DNA of 64,000 bases from Camelus ferus. Taxonomy: Eukaryota. Position numbers and translations under genes: made by a program. Positions 53,362 through 64,000 of the stretch are shown piece after piece; the first letter of the stretch is position 1; each line of letters opens with the position of its first letter. The notes below the pieces were generated by a model that ran no database searches, had not been told where the DNA came from, and saw nothing but the letters and a program-made list of their open reading frames with translations. The DNA lies in contig NC_045697.1 of NCBI RefSeq assembly GCF_009834535.1, positions 119,910,001 to 119,974,000 on the forward strand. Direction: 5' to 3'.

Positions 53362-56300
53362 AATACCACAAGATGCCTGGGGGCACAGTTTCTCTCTGTC
53401 TGGCAGAAGTCCACTTATTACCTCTAAATTCAATTTCTGGGCAATCCTGGCTACTTGGCTTTCCATTCGAACCCCCAGTTTCCCTCGCAGCCCGCCCTGG
53501 AAAACACTCAGAGATTATAAGCTAGTGGTTCTACTGGAACCAAGGCCCTGCAGACCATTGTAGGTAGATCCGCACACGCAGGATAACAGAAAACTTTTTT
53601 TTGTGTCTGATTGAGATGGTAAAACTCCATGCATGTTTCAGGGGGTACAGGTTTTCCTAGGTTGGGGGAGGTCAGATTATTCCCATTAATGCCCATGGGG
53701 AGGTAATCGCTCCTGCTTGGATTTCCATCCCATCCCCAAGTGTCCCTTGCAACCCAGTCAGAGAAAACAGTCAGGAAATTTAGGTAAGTTTGTATTAGAA
53801 CCCAGGCTGTGCTCACAGTTGTAGAATCCTCCCCATATACAGGGTAACAGAACACTTCTTTGGTGTGAGATGGAGTAGGAATACACAGTCCATGCATGTA
53901 TTTGGGGTGCAGGTGTAACCAGGTTGGGAGACGTTGGCTAAGTATCTCCACAGCCCATGGGGAGGCACTCTGTTTTCTTCGTTTTCCAGCCCTACTCCCA
54001 GCTTTCGCTTGCAGACCGGGTTAGGAAAACACCCAGGGATGACAAACTAAATCATTCTATCAGAACAAGTGCGCTCCTATATGATGGAGGAACCCCCAAA
54101 CACTCAGGATTCCGGAACAGGGATTTGCTTGGAGCGAATTGTGAGGCCCCACAGCACACTCATTGCTGGGGCCCAAGATTTTCCCTTTTAGGTCCAAGTC
54201 CGCTAATTACCTCCATAGTCCATCTCGAGGCACTCGCTGCTACTTGGATTTCCAGCCCAAACCCAAGCTTTCACACGCAGCCCGGACTGGGAATACACAC
54301 AGGTAAAATATGTTATTGGTTATAATGGAACCCAGTCTCTACCTACAGTTGTAGGAATCTTCCCACAACTAGGATAAAAGAAGAAACATTTGTGTGTCTG
54401 ATGGAGATGGGTAAACAAACTCCACACATGTATCAGGGGGCTTAGGTGTTCCAAGGCTGTGGGACGTCGGAAAATTTCCTCAAATTCTCATGGGGAGTAA
54501 CTCACTGCTGCTACGAATTTCAGCCAAGCCCACAGCTTTACCTCGCAGCCAGGCTTGTGAAAAAACTCATGGAAAACAAAATACTGGTTCTACTAGAACC
54601 AAGGCGCTGCTGAAAGTTGTGGAATCCTCCCCACACTCAGGATAGCAGAACACGCTTTGTGTGTTTGATGGTGTAGAAAAATACACTCCAGGCATATTTC
54701 TGGGGGTACAGCTTTTCCCAGGTTTAGAGATGTCGCCTAATAACCTACACTGCCAATGGGGAGGCAATCTATACTTCTTCGCTTTGCAGACCATCTCCCA
54801 AATTTCCCTTACAGCCCGGCGTACGAAAACACCTTGGGATGACAATATTAGTGATTCTATGAGAAACCCCTCGATGCTGCCTGTTGGAGGTACAACAAAA
54901 CTCAAAATTCTGCAACATAGCTTTGCTTGGTGGAGGTGTGGAGACCAACACCACAAGATTTCTGGGGGCACATTTCTGTCTGGGAGAAGTCCGCTAATTA
55001 CCTCTACAGTCAATCTCTGGGCACTCGTTGCTACTTAGCTTTCAAGCCGAACCCCCAGCTTTCCCTCGCCGCACGCCCTGGAAAACACTCAGAGATTATA
55101 AGTTAATGGTTCTATTGGAACTCAAGCACTGCAGACCTTTGTAGGAACCTCCGAACACGCAGGATTACAGAAAAAATTTTTTGTGTCTCATTGAGATGGT
55201 AAAAGCTCCACGCATGTTTCAGGGTGTACTGGTGTTCCTAGGTTTTTGGGAGGTCAGATACAACCCACTACAGCCCATGGGGAAGTACTCGCGCCTGGTT
55301 GGCTTTCCAGCAAATCCCCCAGTTTCCTTTACAACCCAGCCTGAGAAAACAATCAGGAAATGTAGCTAAAGTTTCTATCAGAACCCCGGTGCTGCAGTCT
55401 GTTGTAGGAACTTCAACACACACAGGGTTCCCAAACACGGCTTTGCTTGGAAGAGTTTTGAAGCCCCAATCCACAAACATGTCTGGGGGCTCAATTTTTT
55501 CCCTGTTAGGGATAAGTCCGCTAATTAGATCTACAGTCCTTCTCGGGCACCCGCTGCGACTTGGAATTCCAGCCCAACCCCCATGATTCCCTTGCAGCCA
55601 GGCCTGGGTTTACACAGAGGGAAAAGAAGCTATTGGTGCTATTCGAACCCATGCCCTGCTGACAATTGTGGAAAACTTCGAACACTCAGGATAACAGAAC
55701 ATATCTTTCTGTGTGTGATGGAGTAGGAAAACACACTCCAGGCATTTTTATGGGGATCCATGATTTCCCAGGTTGGGAGATATCGGCTAGATTCCTTCAG
55801 TGCCCATGGGGTGGCACTGTCTTCTTCTTCATTTTCAAGCCCAACTACAAACTTTCCCTTGCAGCCCGGACAATTGAAACACCTATGTATGACCAATAAG
55901 TGATTCTATCAGAACCACGGCGTTGCAGTCTGATGGAGGTACCTCCAAAGTTTCAGGATTCTGAAACACGTCTTTGAGTGTGGGGAGTTGTGGAACCCCA
56001 ATCCACGCAGATGGATGGGGTCACAGATATGTCCCTGTTAGGGAGAAGTCTGCTAATTACCTCCACAGTGAATCTTGGGTCACTCGCTGCTTCTTGGATT
56101 TTCAGTCTATCCCCCAGTTTTCACTCATAGCCCATCCGTTTAAAACACTCAGTGATAATAAGCTAGGTTTCTATTGGACCCAGGTGCTACAGAAAATTGT
56201 AGGTACCTCCCCACACTCAGAATAACAGAACAATACTTTAAGTGTCTGATTTAAATAGGTAAACTAAATCCACGCATGTTTCATTTTGTATAGGTTTTCC

Positions 56301-59300
56301 TAGGTTGTGGGAGTTCGGATAATTACATTCACTGTCCATGGGGAGTCCCTTGCAGTTCCTTGGATTCCAGCCCAACCCCCAGCGTTCCCTCGCATCCCGG
56401 TCTGTGAAAACACACAGGGAAAAAAAGGTACAGTTTCTATAAGAACTAAGACGCTCCTGACAGTTGTAGAAACCTCCCTACACTAAGGAAAACAGAACAT
56501 AGCTTTGTATGTGTGATGGAGTAGGAAAACACATTAAGGCATGTCCCTGGGGTGCAGGTGTTCGCAGGATGGGAAATGTTGGCTAATTACCTCCACTGCC
56601 CATGGGGGAGCACTTTCATCTTCTTCGATATCCAGCCCTAATCCTAGCATTCCCTTGCAGCCCGACCGTGGAAAACACCCAGGGATGTCAAACTAAATCA
56701 TTCTATCAGAACCAGGGCGCTGCTGTATGTTGGAGGAATCTCTAAACTCTCATCATTCCGGAACACGGAATTGATTGGAAGAATTTTGAAGCCCCACAAC
56801 ACACTCATTCCTGGGGCCCAAGATTTTCCCTTTTATGGCCAAGTCCGCTAATTACCTCCATAGTCCATCCCGGGGCACTCGCTGGTACTTGGATTTCCAG
56901 CACAAACCCAAGATTTCCCTCGCAGCCCGGCCTGGGAGAACCCACAGGAAAATATGTTATTGGTTGTAATGTAAACCAGTCTCTACCTACGGTAGTAGTA
57001 ATCTTCCCAGAACTAGGATAAAAGCAGAAAAATTTGTGTGTCTGATGGAGATGGGTAAACAATCTCCAAGTATGTATCAGGGGGCTAAGATGTTTCAAGG
57101 CATTGGGATGTCGGAAAATTACCTCACATTCTCATGGGGAGTACCTCGGTGCTGCTACGAATTAAAGCCAAGCCCACAGCTTTACCTCGCAGCCAGGCCT
57201 TTGAAAAAACTCACGGAAATCTAAATAATGGTGCTACTAGTACACAGGTATTGCTGAAAGTTTTAGAATCCTCCCCACACTCAGGATAGCAGAACAAATT
57301 TTGTGTGTGTAATGGTGGATGAAAATACACTCCAGGCATTTTTCCGGGGGTACAGCTGTTCCCAGGTTTGGAGATGTCGCATAATTGCCTCCACTTCCAA
57401 TGGGGAGGCACTCTATACTTCTTCGCTTTCCAGACCAACTCCCAGCTTTCGTGTGAAGCCCGGCCTAAGAAAAAACCTAGGGATGACAATATTAGTGATT
57501 CTATCAGAACCCCCGCTCTGCTGTCTGTTGGAGGTACAACACACACCCAAATTCCGGAAAATGTCTTTGCTTGGTGGAGGTTTGGAGACCAATACCACAA
57601 GATGCCTGGGGGCACAGTTTCTCTCTGTCTGGCAGAAGTCCACTTATTACCTCTAAATTCAATTTCTGGGCAATCCTGGCTACTTGGCTTTCCATTCAAA
57701 CCCCCAGTTTCCCTCACAGCCCGCCCTGGAAAACACTCAGAGTTTATAAGCTAGTGGTTCTATTGGAACCAAGGCACTGCAGACCGTTGTAGGAAGCTCC
57801 GCACACGCAGGATAACAGAACACTTTTTTTGTGTCTGTTTGAGATGGTAAAAATTCCACGCCTTTTTCAGGGGGTACAGGTTTTCCTAGGTTGGGGTAGG
57901 GCAGATTATTCCCACTAATGCCCATGGGGAGGTAATCGCTCCTGCTTGGATTTCCATCCCATCCCCAAGTTTCCCTTGCAACCCAGTCAGAGAAAACAGT
58001 CAGGAAATTTAGCTTAAGTTTGTATTAGAACCCAGGCGGTGCTCACAGTTGTAGAAACCTCCCCATACACAGGGTAACAGAACACTTCTTTGGTGTGTGA
58101 TGGAGTAGGAATACACAGTCCATGCATGTATTTGGGGTGCAAGTGTAACCAGGTTGGTAGACGTTGGCTAAGTATCTCCACAGCCCATGGGGAGGCACTC
58201 TGTTTTCTTCGTTTTCCAGCCCTACTCCCAGCTTTCGCTTGCAGACCGGGTTAGGAAAACACCCAGGGATGACAAACTAAATCATTCTATCAGAACAAGT
58301 GCGCTCCTATATGATGGAGGAACCTCCAAACACTCAGGATTCCGGAACAGGGATTTGCTTGGTGCGATTTGTGAGGCCCCACAGCACACTCATTGCTGGG
58401 GCCCAAGATTTTCCCTTTTAGGACAAGTCTGCTAATTACCTCCATAGTCCATCTCGAGGCACTCGCTGCTACTTGGATTTCCAGCCCAAACCCAAGCTTA
58501 CACACACAGCCCGGACTGGGAATACACACAGGTAAAATATGTTATTGGTTATAATGGAACCCAGTCTCTACCTACAGTTGTAGGAATCTTCCCACAACTA
58601 GGATAAAAGAAGAAACATTTGTGTGTCTGATGGAGATGGGTAAACAAACTCCACACATGTATCAGGGGGCTTAGGTGTTCCAAGGCTGTGGGACGTCGGA
58701 AAATTTCCTCAAATTCTCATGGGGAGTAACTCGCTGCTGCTACGAATTTCAGCCAAGCCCACAGCTTTACCTCGCAGCCAGGGTTGTGAAAAAACTCATG
58801 GAAAACAAAATACTGGTTCTAGTAGAACCAAGGCGCTGCTGAAAGTTGTGGAATCCTCCCCACACTCAGGATAGCAGAACACGCCTTTGTGTGTTTGATG
58901 GTGTAGAAAAATACACTCCAGGCATATTTCTGGGGGTACAGCTGTTCCCAGGTTTAGAGATGTCGCCTAATAACCTCCACTGACAATGGGGAGGCAATCT
59001 AAACTTCTTCGCTTTGCAGAATATCTCCCAAATTTCCCATACAGCCCGGCGTACGAAAACACCTTGGGATGAAAATATTAGTGATTCTATGAGAAACCCC
59101 TCGATGCTGCCTGTTGGAGGTACAACAAAAACTCAAAATTCTGGAACATAGCTTTGCTTGGTGGAGGTGTGGAGACCAACACCACAAGATTACTGGGGGC
59201 ACAGTTCTCTCTGGGAGAAGTCCGCTAATTACCTCTACAGTCAATCTCTGGGCACTCGTTGCTACTTGGCTTTCAAGCCGAACCCCCAGCTTTCCCTCGC

Positions 59301-60560
59301 CGCACGCCCTGGAAAACACTCAGAGATTATAAGTTAAAGGTTCTATTGGAACTCAAGCACTGCAGACCTTTGTAGGAACCTCCGAACACGCAGGATAACA
59401 GAAAAAATTTTTTGTGTCTCATTGAGATGGTAAAAGCTCCACGCATGTTTCAGGGTGTACTGGTGTTCCTAGGTTTTTGGGAGGTCAGATACAACCCACT
59501 ACAGCCCATGGGGAAGTACTCGCGCCTGGTTGGCTTTCCAGCAAATCCCCCAGTTTCCTTTACAACCCAGCCTGAGAAAACAATCAGGAAATGTAGCTAA
59601 AGTTTCTATCAGAACCCCGGTGCTGCAGTCTGTTGTAGGAACTTCAACACACACAGGGTTCCCAAACACGGCTTTGCTTGGAAGAGTTTTGAAGCCCCAA
59701 TCCACAAACATGTCTGGGGGCTCAATTTTTTCCCTGTTAGGGATAAGTCCGCTAATTAGATCTACAGTCCTTCTCGGGCACCCGCTGCGACTTGGAATTC
59801 CAGCCCAACCCCCAAGATTCCCTTGCAGCCAGGCCTGGGTTTACACAGAGGGAAAAGAAGCTATTGGTGCTATTCGAACCCATGCCCTGCTGACACTTGT
59901 GGAAACCTTCGAACACTCAGGATAACAGAACATATCTTTCTGTGTGTGATGGAGTAGGAAAACACACTCCAGGCATTTTTATGGGGATCCATGATTTCCC
60001 AGGTTGGGAGATATCGGCTAGATTCCTTCAGTGCCCATGGGGTGGCACTGTCTTCTTCTTCATTTTCAAGCCCAACTCCAAGCTTTCCCTTGCAGCCCGG
60101 ACAATTGAAACACCCATGTATGACCAATAAGTGATTCTATCAGAACCAAGGCATTGCAGTCTGATGGAGGAACCTCCAAATTTTCAGAATTCTGGAACAC
60201 GTCTTTGAGTGTGGGGAGTTGTGGAACCCCAATCCACGCAGATGGATGGGGTCACAGATTTGTCCCTGTTAGGGAGAAGTCCGCTAATTACCTCCACAGT
60301 GCATCTTGGGGCACTCGCTGCTTCTTGGATTTTCAGTCTATCCCCCAGTTTACACTTACAGCCCAAATTTTAAAACACTCAATGATAATAAGCTACGTTT
60401 TATTGGACCCAGGTGCTGCAGACAATTGTAGGTACATCCCCACACTCAGAATAACAGAACAATACTTTGAGTGTCTGATTTAGATAGGTAAACTAAATCC
60501 ATGCATGTTTCATTTTGTATAGGTTTTCCTAGTTTGTGGGAGTTCGGATAATTACATCCA
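53362..60560. repeat. 16-monomer HOR (4230 bp): about 53362-56330 vs about 57591-60560
   Basis: Identical or near-identical ORFs at 53957/58187, 55181/59412 and 55268/59499 (offset 4230-4231). Confidence 0.9.
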
Positions 60561-61444
60561 CTCTCCATGGTGTGCCCCTTGCCGTTTCTTGGATTCCAGC
60601 CCAAACCCCAGCATTCCCTCGCATCCCGGCCTGTGAAAAGACTCAGGGAAAATTAGCTACAGTTTCTATAAGAAGTAAGGCACTCCTGACAGTTGTAGAA
60701 ACCTCCCTACACTAAGGAAAACAGAACACAGCTTTGTGTGTGTGATGTAGTAGGAAAACACAGTAAGGCATATCTCTGGGGTTCAGGTGTTCGCAGGTTG
60801 TGAAATGTTGGCTAATTACCTCCACTGCCCGTGGGGAAGTACTCTCTTCTTCTTCGATATCCAGCCCTATTCCTAGCATTCCCTTGAAGCCCGACCATGG
60901 AAAACACCCAGGGATGACAAACTAAATCATTCTGTTAGAACCAGGGTGCTGCTGTACGTTGGAGGAACCTCCAAACACTCAGGATTCCGGAACACAGATT
61001 TGCTTGATGCGAATTGTGAAGCCCCACAGCACACTCTATGCTGGGGCCCAAGATTTTCCCTTTTAGGGCTAAGTCGGCTAATTACCTCCATAGTCCATTT
61101 CGGGGCATTCGTTTTACTTGGATTTAAAGCCCAAACCCAAGCTTTCCCACGCAGACCGGCCTGGGAAATCACACAGGGAAAATATGTTATTGGTTGTAAC
61201 AGAACCCAGGCTCTACTTACCGTTGTAGGAAACTTCCCACAACTAGGATAAAAGAAGAAATATTTTTGTGTCTGATGGAGATGAGTAAACACACTCCAAG
61301 CATGTATCATTGTGCTTGGGGTTTCCAAGGCTGTGGGACGTCGGAAAATTACCTCAAATTCTCATGGGGTGTAACTCGCTGCTGCTGCGAATTACAGCCA
61401 AGCCCACAGCTTTACCACGCAGCCAGGCCTGTGAAAAAATTAAA

Positions 61445-64000
61445 GGAAAACTAAATACTGGTGCTACTAGAACCCAGGAGCTGCTGAAAATTGTAGAATA
61501 CTCCGCACACTCAGGATAGCAGAACAAATTTTTTTGTGTGTGAAGGTGTATGAAAATACACTCCAGGCATGTTTCCGGGGGTACAGGTGTTCCCAGGTTT
61601 GGAGATGTCGCCTAATTACCTCCACTGCCAATGGGGAGGCACTCTATACTTCTTCGCTTTCCAGACTAATTCCCAGCTTTCCTTTGAAGCCCGGCCTAAG
61701 GAAACACCTTGGGATGACAATATTAGTGATTCTATCAGAACCCCATCTCTGCTGACAGTTGGAGGTACAACACACACTCAAATTTCCGGGAAATGGCTTT
61801 GCTTGGTGGAGGTGTGGAGACAAACACCACAGGATTCCTGGGGGCACAGTTTCTCTCTGTCTGGGAGAAGCCCACTAATTACCTCTACAGTCAATTTCTG
61901 GGCAATCCTGGCTACTTGTCTTTCCAGCCGAACCCCCAGATTCCCTCGCAGCCCACCCTGGAAAACACTCAGTGATTATTAGCTAGTGGTTCTGTTGGAA
62001 ACCAGACACTGCTGACCGTTGTAGGAAGTTCCGCACACGCAGGATAACAGAACACTATTTTTGGGTCAGATTGAGATGGTAAAAACTCAACGCATGTTTC
62101 AGGGGGTACAGGTTTTCTTAGGTTGGGGGACGTCAGATTATTCCCATTAATGCCCATGGGAAATAATCATTCCTTCTTGGATTTCCATTCCATCCCCCAG
62201 TTTCCCTTGCAACCCAGTCAGAGGAAGCAGTCAGGAAATTTAGCTAAATTTTTTTAGAACCCAGGCGCTGCTGACCGTTTTAGAAACTTCCCCATACACA
62301 GGGTAACAGAACACTTCTTTGTGTGTTTGATGGAGTAGGAATACCAAGTCCATGCATGTATCTAGGGTTCAGGTGTAACCAGGTTTGGAGACGTTGGCTA
62401 AATATCTCCACATCCCATGGGGTGGCATTCTGTTTTCTTCGTTTTTCAGCCCTATTCCCAGCTTTCCCTTGCAGCCCGGACATGTGAAACACCCATGGAT
62501 GACAAATAAGTGATTCTATCAGAACCCTGGCGTTGCTGCCTGTTGGAGGAACCTCCAAACCTTCAGGATTCTGGAACACGTCTTTGAGTTTGGGGAGTTG
62601 TGGAACCCCAATCCACGCAGATGGATGGGGTCACAGATTTGTCCCTGTTAGGGAGAAGCCTGCTAATTAACTCCACAGTGCATCTTGGGGCACTCGCTGC
62701 TTCTTAGATTTTCAGTCTATCCCCCAGTTTTCCCACGCAGCCCGGCCTTGTAATACACTCAGTGATAATAAGCTAGGTTTCTATTGGAACCCAGGTGCTA
62801 CAGACAATTGTAGGAACCTACCGTCACTCAGAATAACAGAACAATAATTTGAATGTCTGATTTAGATGGGTAAACTAAATCCACGCATGTTTCAGGTTGT
62901 ATAGGCGATCCTAGGCTGTGGGAGGTCGGATAATTACATCCACTGTCCATGGGGAGTCCCTTGCAGTTTCTTGGATTCCAGCCCAACCCCCAGTGTTCCC
63001 TCGCATCCCGGTCTGTGAAAACACATAGGGAAAAAAAGCTACAGTTACTATAAGAACTAAGACGCACCTGACAGATGTAGAAACCTCCCTACACTAAGGA
63101 AAAGAGAACATAGCTTTGTTTGTGTGATGGAGTAGGAAAACACATTAAGGCATGTCTCTGGGGTGCAGGTTTCGCAGGATGGGAAATGTTGGCTAATTAC
63201 CTCCACTGCCCATGGGGGAGCACTTTCATCTTCTTCGATATCCAGCCCTAATCCTAGCATTACCTTGCAGCCCGACCGTGGAAAACACCCAGGGATGTCA
63301 AACTAAATCATTCTATCAGAACAAGGACGCTGCTGTATGTTGGGGTTTTGAATAGCACAAGATGCCTGGGGGCACAGTTTCTCTCTGTCTGGCAGAAGTC
63401 CGCTTATTACCTCTAAATTCAATTTCTGGGCAATCCTGGCTACTTGGCTTTCCATTCGAACCCCCAGTTTCCCTCGCAGCCCGCCCTGGAAACACTCAGA
63501 GATTATAAGCTAGTGGTTCTATTGGAACAAAGGCACTGCAGACCATTGTAGGTAGCTCCGCACACGCAGGATAACAGAACACATTTTTTTGTGTCTGATT
63601 GAGATGGTAAAAACTCCATGCATGTCTCAGGGGGTACAGGTTTTCCTAGGTTGGGGGAGGTCAGATTATTCCCATTAATGCCCATGGGGAGGTAATCGCT
63701 CCTGCTTGGATTTCCATCCGATCCCCAATGTCCCTTGCAACCCATTCAGAGAAAACAGTCAGGAAATTTAGGTAAGTTTGTATTAGAACTCAGGCGGTGC
63801 TCACAGTTGTAGAAACCTCCCCATATACAGGGTAACAGAACCCTTCTTTGGTGTGAGATGGAGTAGGAATACACAGTCCATGCATGTATTTGGGGTGCAG
63901 ATGTAACCAGGTTGGGAGACGTTGGCTAAGTATCTACACAGCACATGGGGAGGCACTCTGTTTTCTTCGTTTTCCAGCCCTACTCCCAGCTTTCGCTTGC
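61445..64000. repeat. Copy of about 50925-54010 at about 10 kb offset (10520 bp, then 9989 bp)
   Basis: GGTGGCATTCTGTTTTCTTC at 51901/62421 and ACATGTGAAACACCC at 52491/62480. The same truncated monomer occurs at about 53350 and about 63340. Confidence 0.85.

Larger units (their letters stand above)
27673..64000. repeat. Satellite DNA array, about 265-bp monomer (segment right of the gap)
   Basis: Same monomer classes, motifs and period continue without interruption to the window end. Confidence 0.98.

Noticed and set aside
1..64000. Hundreds of 60-245 aa ORFs on both strands
   Set aside because: They overlap in all frames, recur with the repeat period, are broken by stops and frameshifts in homologous copies, and resemble no protein family I recognise.
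1..64000. CRISPR-like pattern of conserved words separated by variable sequence
   Set aside because: The intervening sequences are homologous to each other, the period is 265 bp, and there are no cas genes.
1..64000. Identification as primate alpha satellite or another named family or species
   Set aside because: The monomer is 265 bp rather than 171 bp and the sequence is not alphoid. Similar length to other reported satellites is insufficient without a database search.

Overview
The whole 64 kb window is one head-to-tail tandem array of eukaryotic satellite DNA. The monomer is about 265 bp (roughly 240 copies, about 45-50% GC by spot count), all in one orientation, interrupted only by a 100-N scaffold gap at 27573-27672. 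I found no credible protein-coding gene, RNA gene, transposon insertion or CRISPR array; the ORF track is repeat-derived noise. Monomers fall into three diverged classes, which I label A, B and C, each with subtypes, arranged as a mosaic of higher-order repeats (HORs). The periods are near-integer multiples of the monomer: 13-mer (3449 bp), 5-mer (1329), 19-mer (5039), 7-mer (about 1855), 14-mer (about 3712), 21-mer (about 5565), 16-mer (4230) and a 38/40-mer offset (9989/10520). Several HOR switches coincide with visible hybrid monomers. One truncated monomer, about 52 bp short, occurs twice. The architecture resembles centromeric or pericentromeric HOR satellite, but species, family and centromere function cannot be established from this sequence. 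All alignments were done by eye, so block edges are approximate (tens of bp). I see no evidence for a new gene system; the interest lies in the repeat architecture.
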